Positions 49,892-63,203 of a stretch of DNA of 64,000 nucleotides are shown here, piece after piece. The stretch's first letter is position 1. Each line of letters opens with the position of its first letter. Both the position numbers and the translations under genes were made by a program. Below the pieces are notes generated by a model. The model was not told where the DNA came from and made no database searches. It saw only the letters and a program-made list of their open reading frames with translations. The DNA is from Tubulanus polymorphus (taxonomy: Eukaryota; Animalia; Nemertea). Location: the NCBI RefSeq assembly GCF_964204645.1, contig NC_134034.1, positions 3,613,814 to 3,677,813 of the forward strand. Reading direction: 5' to 3'.

Positions 49892-50930
49892 AACTAAATC
49901 TCAGAAATTTCCAATTCTACCCTATTCGTAAAGAAAATAGGATAGCGATACTTTGTGCTCGAATTGGACGCTTACGACATGACTAGGAATTCAGTAATAC
50001 AAGTTTTTTTAAACAGGAAACGGAAACAGACTACTGCAGACTGGCCGTAATGCGCGGGTATCAGACGGCAACCTAGATTTCGCGACCCCTCGGACATTCC
50101 GTACGATTTCGTAGCCATTTTCTATATTCGTAAGTGGTAAGGATCTTACAATTTCTGATCATCCACACTTCATCGGATGAAAATGAAGGACGAGCACAGA
50201 ATATTAAGAGACGTTTTATCAGCGCGCCTTCAAAAACCGACCGCGCACACTTCACACATGTGTTCAATGCTTCACCAGAGACATTTTTAATCGTAAATGA
50301 ACTACAAACACCAGACATTAGACGTTTTATGAGAATGCTTTCAAAATCTTATCATCCCGATTCCATATGAGTTTAGAACTCCACATTTCGTACTATAATC
50401 TGGTGAATATCTGAAGGGAGTCGTTCCAGGCCGCAGATACAATACCTACATCAAATACGTAACACGCCAAAAAATCAGACGGACATTTCTTAAACGAATA
50501 TATTTACAATAATTTCGTACCGTATAAAAATATCAGCTTTCTCTCCCGACTACGCAACGCGCGATTTAACGCGGAACCGACCGACCGACCGCGGTAAAAC
50601 GGTCGAACACACGATCCGTCGATTTTCATAAATACGCGTGTGTAATATGTACAGAACAAGAGATCAAAATAACGCCGCCGCACTCTGAGAAGCCATTTAT
50701 ATTACGTCGTCTTTAGGCGAGTCCGCGTCTTTCGTTTTCCAGCGCCGCCTTCGACCGACGCAAAATACGTCCTATATCGTAAACACAGGTTACCGGCGGC
50801 GACGGGCACTTACTAGTTCACGAACTTCAAATACGCGTCACGACGTGTCCCTTTTTCGCTGAAATATCCGGATATACGCTTTTTAAAAACAGTTTTCTAT
50901 ATCGCAGACAACGCTTCAGCGCCATTTTTA

Positions 50931-53900
50931 TTATTCTATGTGTTCCTTCGAGCTGTCCTCGATGTAATCGTGCTGTAAATAATAAGATAAATATCACAAT
51001 TATTATCATAATACTGGATTTGTTATGGCATTGTTCATCCGAAGCCATGAACCCATTTGCGAGGCCATTTTTCCAGCCGGAGGTATCTCCGAAGGAATAA
51101 ATGATCGAATCAATACTAACAGAAACAATAGATACACGCTCAAAAAGAACTTAGGCATAAGCGGCCTGAATTGTAAGGTGTAAGCCAGGGATGAAAACGC
51201 CCCATATTGAAAAAGACGCCATATTGGTATCTCCGACTCCACATTTGTGCTAACTACCCCCAAAAACTGTCTTAAGGAGCACTCCTAACTACGGAGCGCT
51301 CCGATGTGATCATTACTGTTGACTCTTTCTAAATCGGTACGGTTAATCTCAGTAAACCGTTAATTCGGGGCAATCTTGTGTACAAGGCCGATGACTACAC
51401 CTAAAACCGAAAACTATTCTTGACAATTTCTCAAAATTCATCGAGTTTTCAAGGATAAAGTGATAAAACTACGCAATAAATCGCAAGAGACGAATGAGAT
51501 ATCCACAATCACAAAAGTTCGAAAGAGATTTTAAAACATCAAAACTATACAGAATTTATTAAAACCTCGAATTTTCGTTTTTATCCTAAAAACCATTCTC
51601 ACAATTCAGGCATATTCAAGGACCTTGAAAAACATTTTCGGCTTAGGAATTTTCAAGGAATCGAGGAGTCGTGGGAACCCTGTTCACTTAAAAATCGTGA
51701 CCGAATCAAAACAGACACCGTCTATCGACTTACCACAGCTAACTGGCGACCGATGTTTCCCATTGTGACGCCACCGGAGAAAAATATACAAGGAAGCCAC
51801 GATCGAACGTACAAAAAGTCTGGCTCCGTGTAACTGAAATAAGACACCAGAAATACGCACATTATTAAACATTTTTTTCACGAAGTATTTCGTTTTTTCG
51901 CAGGAATAAAATTACCATCGATAAACCGGGGCCGGGGTTTGATGAACAATTTTTTTTTGGAACCATACCGAGGCAAGCGAGGATTCGACGTTAATCCGCG
52001 AGGATCGCTAGCGGCAATGGGTTACCGCGCTCCGATTTCTGCATCTCCGCAACATTTCAATCAAATTCGTATCTCTTTTTCTCATTAAATAGTAAATCAA
52101 TTTTTCATCGAAATCCATATGATACACCGAGCGAGGAAGTGGATCTTTATCTATACAATGACTCGTTAAATAATTTTCATATTTGGAAGCCTCAAAATCA
52201 AATTCAATCTGATCGAAAATGAACTTATTTTCACCAGGAATAACCCAGTGAATAGTTAAGGCATTTGCTGGTACTGGTACCTCACTATCTAGGGGTGAAA
52301 GAGGTTAACTGTTGAGTTCAAACTGGTTAAACTCTTCAGGTTTAAACTACGCGTAACCTACATTCTGACTAAATTGACAGAATGAATTAGCCGCAGGGAT
52401 AAACGCTTCATAAAAGGGTGTTAAATCCCGGGTAGAGATTAATTCGAAACGAACGAACCAGTAATCCGTTGTAGCGTTGATCCCCTCCCCGGGGGATGAA
52501 CGTAATCCCAGCCCCGACCAGAGGGGCGGGATAATTGCAAACACTCACCGATAGACTCCGTGATAGACGAGTAACTGAGTAACGAACGTTGCTATGACGG
52601 CGATGGCGACGCCGAGACCGAACCCGCTTCTCGAGCGGTCGAACAACCACCACAATCCGATAGACATCGCAGCTAGAGATAGCGACAACTGGAAATTATT
52701 GGCATAGGCAATTTTCTATATAAAACCGGTTAAGGATCGTAAAATAGAAGCGTTTTGTTCGAGATATTTTTTCAAGAAATTTTAACGGCACGCGTTCTAA
52801 AAGTGATCATCCACACTTCTTGCATTCAGCGCTTCGCTCTAGACAATTCTAATCAAAACTGAACTGCATATACAAACACCAGAAATTAGACATTGTATCA
52901 GCACTTTCAAAAACTGGTCGCGCTAACATGTGTTCAGTACTTCACCAGAGACATTTCTGATTGAAATTAAACGACAAACACCGGATAGTAAACATTTCAT
53001 CAGCACTTTCAGAACAGATCGTCCACACTTCAAATGTGTTCAGTACTTCAGCCGAAACATTTTTAATTGAAAATGAACGACGAACACCAGACATTAGAGG
53101 TTTAATCAGCACACTTACAAAGTCTGATCATCTAGACTTCAAATGCGTTCAGTGCATCACCTGTGACAATTCTACTCGAAAAAGAACTACAAACACCAGG
53201 GCCTAGTTTTATAGACAGATATTTCCTTTAACCTGGGAGTTAACTCAATTCGTTATCAATTGAGTTAGCCCTGCGGGTTAAAGGAAATACCAGTCTATAA
53301 AACTGGGCACAGTTCCACAAAAAAGTTTAACTCAAATTTTTGGTGCAATCGCTATTGGTTACCGGTATTTCATATAATTCAATGAGGACAACAATTTAAA
53401 AATTTTAGGCTTTTTCGTGAAACTGGGCACAGACCAATAGTTCAAAAACATTCAAACATTCTTGATATAGCAGTTCACTTAGAAAACCGAGACACATTTC
53501 ATTTTGGCACTTAACTGACTCAAGATCTATATTCCCCCTGCCTCGCGATTTTTTCGCAACTGAAAGGATACGGTGCTGGCATGATTGATACCGACGAACA
53601 CAGCGACACATCTCATTACACTCGACCACTCGCGTTTATAACTGTGAACCTCGCCGAGTTTGTGATCTAAACACGGGTACAATAGACCGATTATAGCTGA
53701 AAATACATAACAACAACAAATTCATTAACAATCAGGCGAAAAAACTTCCCGAAATTATTACTGTCACGATAATTGCTGTGAAAAGGGGACTAGCGTGCAG
53801 AGGACGGAGTAGCTACGGGTGTCATCTGGTGGACACTCACTTGCCGCAAATGGAATCAGCTATTGCTGCATTAAAGTTGATGTCCTACTGCACGCTAGTG

Positions 53901-54368
53901 GCATCTGGTAGATCCTGACTTTCTACAAGTAGAATCCTCCATCGCCGCAGTAGTTGATGTCCTACTGCACACTAGCGACACCTAGTGGATCATCACTTCA
54001 AACAAGTGGAACCCTCTTTTGCTGCAATAGTTGATATGCTACTGCATACTAGTGACACCTGGTGAATCCTCACTTGCCACAAATGGAATTTTCTCAGCCG
54101 AGTGGAATCCTCTATTACTGCAGTAGCACTGTCAGTTGCTCATCATTTTCATTTTACAAAACCCCCACCGCCGAAAACACTTACCAGCTGCGATACCGCA
54201 GGCGGGCGGCACCCACCAGGCCGACGAGAATATCGTCAGCAACATCTCCGGCGGAAATATCGTGATTTTACGCTGCACCTGCAGCAGGTTAAGTACGAGC
54301 GCGAAGAAAACGCCGGTCGCGAACAGAACGCTGAATCTCAGCAATAAGTGTTGACGAGAGATCTTCAT
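50931..54368 (-). CDS. INSIG: Insulin-induced gene protein (INSIG), 205 aa; exons 54368-54185, 53696-53572, 52715-52549, 51833-51734, 50972-50931
   Basis: Spliced product contains [14 protein letters not shown]...[53 protein letters not shown] and [29 protein letters not shown]. It ends KEHIE*, a KxHxx ER-retrieval motif as in vertebrate INSIGs. All phases are consistent. Confidence 0.96.
52716..53571 (-). other. U12-type (minor spliceosome) GT-AG intron in INSIG
   Basis: 5'ss GTATCCTTT (53571-53563). Branch site TCCTTAAC (52736-52729) ~14 nt from the AG, with no long polypyrimidine tract. Confidence 0.92.
53785..54135 (-). repeat. ~76-bp satellite array in INSIG intron
   Basis: Reverse complement of the 35086-35485 unit. 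Confidence 0.85.
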
Positions 54369-55110
54369 TTTGTAGTTGTAAACAGTCGGAGGTCGTCTGC
54401 TCGTCGTCGTGGCAACGATGCGTCTGCTGTTCGTGTCGGCGAACAGTTCGTATTGTTTATAGTTGGAATGATGTTTACAAACTGAACAGCGACTTCTAAA
54501 AAAACGGACAACGAAGAAAACGTTTTAATATTACGTTCAAATAAACGAAATATGATTTTTTTTTGTGCCAAAGCGAATTCAAAGATTTGTTTGAAGCACG
54601 CAGCACTTGACCCACTAAACCAAAACAATACCATTTCCCGTTTTTTATATGGTTTGAAATGAGCAGGACTTTGAACGGGCCGGTGTTTTTCCACGTATTT
54701 TTTTCTATTAGTATCAGGTCGAAGTCAAATATTCCATATCTTAATTTCGGGCAAAACAAAGTTCTTTAAACGTTTAGGTCTTTGACCTCTTTATAGTAGC
54801 TAAATGTTTGAGAAAAAAAAAAAACGTTATTTTCGGGGAAAAAAATTTAAGTCAGTCATAATACTTTAGTATCACCCCGTTAGATGACTGAATCATATCG
54901 AATGCCCTGGTCGACGCCTAACTTCCAAATTAAATCCGGCTAGTTCAATCGAACATGTATAAATGTGTGGATTATGAATTGACCCGATGACACCTATACA
55001 GGCTGTTGTAGAAGATTGAAATGGCGACATATGACAGACTGCTCCTGATAACTGACAGCTGGCTGTCTGAAAACCAACACCAAACAAGTCACAAGAAATT
55101 ACATAACCAC

Positions 55111-55343
55111 GGCCCAGTTTAACGAAAAAGTTTAAGCCTAAAACGGTTAAGTTTGAATTGTTGTTGTCCTCATTGAAAACATGAAGTAACCAATAGCAAT
55201 TACACCAAAAATTTGAGTTAAACTTTTTTTGGGAAACTGGACCCAGGGCTCGGTTGCACAGTTGTAAGTTAGAGCTAGAGTTAGTTTATTTTCAATTAGT
55301 TAACTCAGAGCTAAATCTTAAATCAGAACTGTGGAACTGGACC
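55111..55343. mobile_element. Two abutting Harbinger-like MITEs
   Basis: GGCCCAGTTT...AAACTGGACC|CAG|GGCTCGGTTGCACAGT...CTGTGGAACTGGACC. Confidence 0.7.
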
Positions 55344-56143
55344 CGGGAGCCCGATTCTTAAAGTGATCGCGTAGAGACGCAGGTCGGGTCGAAATTCTGG
55401 GCGTTTTTTTTTTCGAAAATAATATCCCACTTTCAGAGAGGGGCTTTTCCTGAATTTTTGGCACTACTTTATATAGAATGCAAGCATTTGAACTCTGCGT
55501 CTCATTTTCGATACATTTTCAGCGCAAGTACTCTAAAGGACCCGAACATTAGCGCGTGGCTGCCTTGCCTAAAGTCGAAAAATGATGAAAATCAAATCGC
55601 CCAAAGACATGGCCGGCTACGAGCCTGTACTACAGCAATAACGGTTCCATGGCTATTAAATCTAACAACTTTTCAGTAACAAAAAATTCTAAAAAAAAAA
55701 CGGCCAGCTTTATGAAAACTTATGGACTCGCAACTGTGCGACTCAGGCCGGACTTTAAAAAAAAGTTCCGATTGTTTCGAACACAAACCTCCCCCCCCCC
55801 CCGATAGTGATCGCAAGCGCGGGATATCACAAGCCCCTGCTCAAAGATCATTTCAAAACCTACATAGATAATAACGTTCAGAAGGTCAGATTAAAAAAAA
55901 ACCATGCACCTTTTAGATAACAAATACTTGAGCAGTGCATGGTTTGAAATATATAACCTCGGCCCGGTTTTATAGACTGGTATAACCTTCAACCCGTGGG
56001 CTAACTTAACACATTTTCAATTGGCTTAGCCCCCGGGTTAAAGGTATTACCGGTCTATAAAACCGGGCCCGGGTTTTTGTTGCGACGAAAAATGGAACTT
56101 CGGCTGAACGATTTTGAACTTTTTTTCTGTCGTGGATACGTAC

Positions 56144-56277
56144 AGCTGTATATAATAACTATGATCTATCTGTCGGTAGAACGATTCCTTCTTCTCCTCG
56201 TTCTCCTCATCTCTACCGGCGCCGCCGCTGCTGCTGCTCCAACCAATGTCGTTATTATTCTCTGTAATCAACCCCAT
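56144..56277 (-). CDS. Candidate alternative 5' coding exon of INSIG
   Basis: ATG at 56277, donor CT|GTACGT at 56144. Splicing to the acceptor at 54495 is in frame and stop-free to the ATG at 54368. Confidence 0.4.
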
Positions 56278-59200
56278 CGTTTTTACCGGGGCCGCCGCAA
56301 AACTAACAACTCTTAATTCCCTCTTCAAACGAGCGTGTCTTTTTTGCGCAATTTCTTCAATGAGGCCTACAGTTAATTTTCAGTAGCCAGTAAATCCTTT
56401 GTTCCAGAGAGCGCCTTTTCAACCAAGGCGAATGCACGTCCTTTTTTCGCGATTTTGACAATCAAAATATCGAATTCGGTATTTTCGGTTTCCAAACTGC
56501 TATGAAATAAATTCCAGAAGCGAATCCGTTAAGTTCTTCCGAAAATAAAATCGCCGATATAATCTAAAATCCGAACCCTCCTCAAATCAACAAGGTAGGT
56601 ATGCGTGTTAAGCTTCTCCGAACAGAAATGCTGCCATGTGTTAGTTACGCTATTCCTAGAGACGACTTAGCAAAGGTTTTGAAGTTAATTTCAGAATGTT
56701 CTGTCCCCGACTGTTAAAAGCTAGATTTATAAATCCGCGGTGTTTAAAATTCTTCAGTCGGGAAATCGCTCCAAACAAAGCTCAGCGTCTCCGCGTACTA
56801 GAGATGACTGAGGACGAGTGATGAACCGAACAAACCCAGTCATAATAGCACCATCGATATCAGCTGTTGTTTATGCTAATTAGCCATGTGCTCGCGGTGT
56901 TTACACGCGTGAACATGGTGTGATATGCATTAGCATAGATTATCCCATTCACAACCAGTCGGACGCGTCTATTATCGCGCAGGGGAGACAGGTAGAGGGC
57001 TTGACTTATTGGAGAAAACTTAACTACTAAATTCACTAGAAATTAACGGATATACTAACGCTAAATGTAGCATAAACCGCTTACAAATACTTAAGGAAAT
57101 GTAATATTCGCGGGAGAACTAAATGCATTGCAGGGAAATGACGACCTACTCGCCCTCGGATCTGAATGGACCGAGCCGCGAACATGGTGTGATCTCCAAT
57201 CATATGATTATCAATCGACAACAATAACACACTTGAAATCTACGACGAAATCTAGGGCAAGCCTCTCGAAAAACGTAGGCATCTCCTGGCGTAATTTTTA
57301 TTACCTACGCGCAGGGTTATCGAGATAATACATCGATGGGCATAAAGATAATAGTAGTACTCGATAACATCAACATTATTATGAAAATGCTTTACTTACG
57401 ATCGTCTCAAATTGGACTAAATCAAAAAACTACACGGATACAGATATTTCTGTCAGAAGTAATTTTTACTACTGGACCTTCCAGCTACCAGTGCTAATGT
57501 TGTTAGGCCTATAGACCTAGCCCTTGATCTTTAGATCCTTAATCCTAAGCGGCCCTAAAACATTATTCGGACCCTATAAATTCTCTAAGCCTTAACTGTA
57601 AGAATTAATTTTCTAACTGTTACAATAATATTATTTGGACCCTAAAAATACTCTAAGCCTAATTAAGAATGAATTTTCTAAATGTTACAATGTTTATATA
57701 TACATTGATACCTATGTTAGCCTATTGAAAAGGTGTCTGTGTTTGAGTGGTGAACCCAGGGCTGCCAACCGCTGAAAAGTGCCATCGAAAAAAAATTGAA
57801 AGTTTTTCAGAAAACTTTTCATTGAAATATGAAAGAAAATGTTCCAAGGGTTCTGGAAAACCGTCGAGCATTGTCTGTGCCCCTTTATCCATGGATTTGA
57901 CGTAAAAATGCCCTTGTTTGGCATGATTTCGCGTAGTGATTACCCCTGAAAACCACAAGTTTGATGTTTAGTACCCTTTTTGTCGTGATTTCATATAGAA
58001 AGCGCCCCCTTAAAATTGAGTGCCATTTTAATACAATTCAGAACCCCCTCGAGATAGGGCCCCGGATCCGCCCCTCATTTCTATAGGCCTAGAGGCCTAT
58101 GCTTTAAACAAATCTAATCAGTATTTCCCATTATAGAATAGTAACAAAATACTGAAAATCAGGATCAGTTGGCAGCGCTGTAAACCGCCAAGTGAGTTTC
58201 CTCGTTTCAAAACCATATGGGTTGGAAAATAATAGCGATAATGACTTCTGCAAACAAGAAATTCTTGTTCGAAGCATTTTAACAATCATCTGAGTCTCAG
58301 ATAACAAGTTTGGTAGGTTGCACCAGCGACAAACCAGAAGTTACATCGCATTCAGAGGCTTTTGGCAACAGTACAGAACATCGACATAATGTGCCTTGTG
58401 AACTGCTGATGTAACAGCAAAATTATCAGTAAATGTCTGAATCTCGTTTGTTGGATACCCAGTCCCAAGCCCAGAGTTATCCATATGATGGAATTTAACA
58501 GGGGCTGCAATCATTGTTAGGTGTATGGCAGTGTGGCTGCTGAAATAGCAAGGCTTTCAATCCCCCGAAAGATACAGAAATTTAATTTCGGTGAAATCTT
58601 CTTTTTTTCACATTAGCTTGATATATTTCAACACAATTTAATTATCAGCATTGATAGAATATTGACATCCACTCTGGTAGGGGCAGAAAATATCTTTAAA
58701 AGGGTGGCTGTCTTCCAGACAGGTGGATGTAAAAATGGATGTGGTGGCCGCCCCTCTAAAACCTGAAGTGGAGAACACTGCAAGCCCCCTGCAATGCTCT
58801 CAGCCAGAGTGCCTCATTTACGGAAAATTTTTGCAGTGGACACAAACTGGTTTGCAGGAATCCTCAGCCCATGCTCTGTCGGTGGCGTTGGAACTGTGGA
58901 ACAATAATTTACTGAATTTTCTTTGAAGAAATTGAAGTAAATTCGCCGCGGCAATATAATAGAACCTGCCAAAAATCGGCAATTGGCCTCGGCAATAAAC
59001 AAATTGCTCCCAATGCGCCTGCCTGTTGCCGTTGGTTGGTCTAAGTTGGTACCCATACAGCAATTCATCTTAGTAAGGGAACATAATTCTCTATTTTTGA
59101 CAATTCAACTTGGCCATTCAATTTGTGTGGTCAAAAAGACTCCCGAGTCCTTTTTGATATAATTCTACGTACAAAGAGACTCTCCAGTCCTTTTTGATGT

Positions 59201-59535
59201 AATTCTACGCATTTTATACCAGTACCAGCAGAATCAGAAAGAAATAAAGCAAAATTATCCAACACTAATAAGAGACTGCGCCGCACTGCCGGCACTGCGG
59301 ACAGGTTAACAATTCAAAAAGTTACCGACATGGTCTGTCGTGCAAGTAAGAAAAGATAAAATACTTTTATGGGGTAGGAAATAACTCTGCAGGGGCTCTG
59401 CGCTTTCTTCATTCCCCTCGCCAATAAAAACAACAAGGCAACACTGACAATAAAGTTCATTGAATTTGACATTGTTTTTTTTAAACCTCGTTCGATCTTG
59501 TCGATTAATAAATTAAGAAATGACGTCGCACTTAC

Positions 59536-59690
59536 CCACTAATTACTAATCTTCGTCACCGGCTTCTTCTTATCTTCATCATCATCAATATCACGGTCAT
59601 ATCTTGCCTTTAAAACAATCCTCTCATCGCACTGACTGTCAATATCCCGAAAACTTCATTCTCAGCTCACAATCACCAACATCGGACCAT
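59536..59690 (-). other. Putative non-coding first exon of INSIG
   Basis: Strong donor GG|GTAAGT at 59536/59535 directly downstream of a promoter-like segment. In-frame stops make it non-coding. Confidence 0.55.
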
Positions 59691-59790
59691 ATAAACAACA
59701 CTCGCGTGAGCTGACCTGACAGCCAATCACAGCGCTGAACGTCATCGAAAAATATGGGAATACCCGGACACCTGCTGACGGAAATCGATT
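59690..59790 (-). promoter_or_regulatory. Putative INSIG promoter with SRE-3-like element and CCAAT box
   Basis: CTCACGCGAG (minus, 59701-59710), AGCCAATCA (59721-59729) and an ETS-like CGGAAAT near 59780. Confidence 0.45.
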
Positions 59791-61149
59791 GTTACACCGG
59801 CGCTACAATCATAATCTTATAGCAATTTGGGTTCGAATCCATGATTTCAGAAATTATTTGCGGGTGAAGCGCCGGAACCGGGTAAAAGTGACCTTATTTC
59901 GAGCATCATTCATTCACGGGTTTTCTTTTTTCATAGCACTCTTTTCAGTGAATGGTTTTCTAATTTTTACATGTCATTTTGATCTTTTGTATCTTTTATG
60001 TGCGTGTTAATAAATGATGGTATTATAAGTGTTAAACGGTGTTCGGATTTTTATTTGACACTCACCATGACTGTAGGCTAGTCATGAATCGCGTGAATAG
60101 CTGGGACAATGTTTATGACTCCATGAACGTAGGGGCCTACTTTGAATTGCAATACAAATTGGGATTGGAAATATCCTAAGAAATTGTGTGACAATTCGCA
60201 CAAAGGAAAACATTTTTCGACCAAAAAAATAAGGTCAGAACTCCCCCGAGGCCCTCGTTCAGACTACCAATAACGGTAAAGGTACCATGTAGATATAATA
60301 ATTCCTTACATATTTTCTGGTGATCTCGTTCTATTCTTAGATCTATTTCGAATAGGTCTTAATACGGGGAAACAATTCCTCGTGCAATTATAGATTAGCA
60401 ATCAATAAGCATGAATTGAAAAAAATAATAAGAGACAACCAGGTCTGTGCCAAATTTTTTTGAGGGGTATTATTACTATTTCAAGAAAAAGGGCACTTCT
60501 TACCACGTAAAGGGGCACTTTCCTGTTGAAAAAGGCCAGATCTTAAATACGAAGGTACCTGAATAAATAATTTGAGAATGGATAATTTTCAATTTCCTTT
60601 TAAAAATCTGATTGTATCCAAATTTCGAAAAATCTTGACCCAAATTTGTCGACACTGACTTTTTGAAGGGCCATTGAAAATTTCGGGGGACCGTTCGCTA
60701 CCCCTGAACCCTCTTTGGCACAAGCCTGACAACGGTCTATTGAAGTAAAATCCCAAAACTTCATGTAAAAGCGAACATCAAGAAACAGTATATATTTCAA
60801 TAATGCAAACCAACATGGTTCAAAAAGATAAACTTTATTCCAAACATAATTCCGTTAACCAATTGAAGCCTTCCACACATATAACAATTCAGTTTTTTTC
60901 CTCATGAACACAATAATTCGAATATCAACCATTTACAATTTAAGGCGACATCAAAATGATCAAAATCTATCTCACAGCCAGTTTTATCAACCAGGGGTCC
61001 ACTTCTATAGCTATGGCTCTAGATTTTAAAACAACGCAATCGAAATGAACAAATTTCAATTACTGAGACAAATCCGGCTTAATGCAACTAACTTTCCTCG
61101 GGATAATCAAGAGCTGATTTGGTCCTGTGGAACTCTGTCCAGTCTATGT

Positions 61150-61380
61150 ATGGTAATGAAAAAGGCAGGTTTTAGACCAGTTTTAATTTAAAACCTACAA
61201 AAACTGGTTTTATATAGACCAGTTTTAACTTGAACCCAAAGATGCTGGTCTTTTAGACAAGTTTCGACTATATCTAAGACCAGTTATACAGACCAGTTTT
61301 AACTGGGCAGTTTTCTTTAAACCAGTTTCTACTTAACTTATTTATATGGCTTGGTTTATAGACCAGTTTTAACTTGAACC
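61150..61380 (+). repeat. Degenerate short tandem repeats (TAGACCAGTTTTAAC)
   Basis: Motif recurs at least six times. Confidence 0.75.
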
Positions 61381-61653
61381 GAGGGTGCTTCAAATGGAAT
61401 TTGAACAAGCTGCTTCGTTAAAACTTATCTCTAAAACTGACAACAGGTTCACAGCTAAAACTAAGGGTATAGTCCAGCCAAGGTTGCAGAATAATAAACA
61501 AGAAAGTGTACTCCTCTCAAAACTAGAGTTTGAATTCAGCTCATTTAATCAAAGCTGCATTTAACCGTAAAGTCAATCTTGGAATTTCAATTCAATTTCT
61601 GTTTTTTTTTTTCATTCCTGGAACATTTACACCACTATTATAGGATATATATA

Positions 61654-62773
61654 GGGACCATTCATTTAGTACGTACGCAAAAATCTGTCGATTTCACTCA
61701 ACAAACCGCAAGAAAGCTATCTTTGTAAATAATATTTGACGTTTATACCGTTGAGCGTAACACATTTTAGTTTTGTATCTAGTGGATAGGTGGCATCTCT
61801 CAGTACTGGGTACATAGATGCATAGTTGAGATTGGTAAAACATGGAGAATACACTGAGAAAAGGCACGAAAAATCGAACTAGAGGTCCAGGGACACCATG
61901 CCCACTTGGAAAGTGGTTTCAAATGCCCAACAATCTAACAATTTCAATATTCAATGCCCACTGGTGATAATATACAAAAACCAATGACCTTAAAACTCAC
62001 CACAATCATAGAAAATGTCAGCAGCTACAATTTTGCAATGATTGTGATAACAATATATGCCACAGTACCAATATAATATGGAAGTACTAAGTTATTCTAC
62101 TATTCAACGCCCCCTGGTGACCATATAGAATAACTAACGACATTGAAACTCACCACAATCATAGAACATGTTATGAGCTACAACTTTCCAATTGATTGTT
62201 GTAACAAAATATGCATATGTATCAATATAATGCAGAAAAACGGAGTACTGATGACACCAAGATGGCCGCCAATTGCGTGATAATTGGCTGATCAAAAATA
62301 CCTGTCTCGGGTATTAAAGATCCCTTTCCATAGAATAGCCATCACAAATTTCAATGAGAAATGGCAAACCAATAGGAGGCAACAGGACTCAGAATTTTGG
62401 GCACAAAAAAGGTCACAGGACGGCCATCTCTAGTCCGATCGACCCAATTTTTTTTATGCTGATGAGCCCTTGAGCCTTTACAATGAATGTAAATCTAAAA
62501 AGAACATATTTGATGCTCATAGAACCGAATACCACGTTAATGTAACTGAGTAAAACCTGGCAGATATGAGTAATGCCGGAAAAATATATAAACAAACTGT
62601 GAATGAATAAAAGAAAGTGGCAGATTAAGAATTCATTAAAGAACTAAGATCACGCGAAATGAAAGACCCAAAAAAATTCTGGAAATAACTCAATTCTAAT
62701 AACAATAGAACAACGATAGACAATTTCACAGAACCCTCCCCCCCTCCTGCGTACGTACTAAATGGATGGTCCC
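61654..62773. mobile_element. Harbinger-like element carrying an internal repeat-containing insert
   Basis: TIRs GGGACCATTCATTTAGTACGTACGCA / TGCGTACGTACTAAATGGATGGTCCC. Internal ~150-bp direct repeat at ~61948 and ~62100. Confidence 0.65.
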
Positions 62774-63203
62774 GTAAACAAATACTGGCACAGTCTTTAT
62801 CTAATCCAGATTTCGATCTCATTTAGATTACACGAATAGTCCACCTATACATAAATGAATATAAAATATCGCGTTGAATTTGGATTTCTCGTACGAACGC
62901 GATGAATTTCATAGGTCCCGAATGATCTGGATTAAGCCAGTTTCACTATACCTCGGATTTCTCGTGAATTCCGTCAGTTCCGAATAATCGGGATCGAGTC
63001 CGTTGTACCGTAGATGGGATTCCTTATAAAGCGGATAAATTTCACCGGCCAGGAGCGCGGGGATCAACGCAGTTCTACTCAAAACCTTCGATTTCTTGGA
63101 TTAATCGGATGAGAAATTCATCGGTTCCGAATGATCTTTATCAAGCTGGTCTTTACGAGTCAAATACATATAACCGCAGTAGCCGTAGCGTTAACTGAGG
63201 TCT

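Noticed and set aside
50827-51048. ORF ending ...KKGHVVTRI as the INSIG last exon
   Set aside because: No phase-compatible acceptor in that frame; the exon 50972-50931 ending KEHIE fits both phase and family motif.
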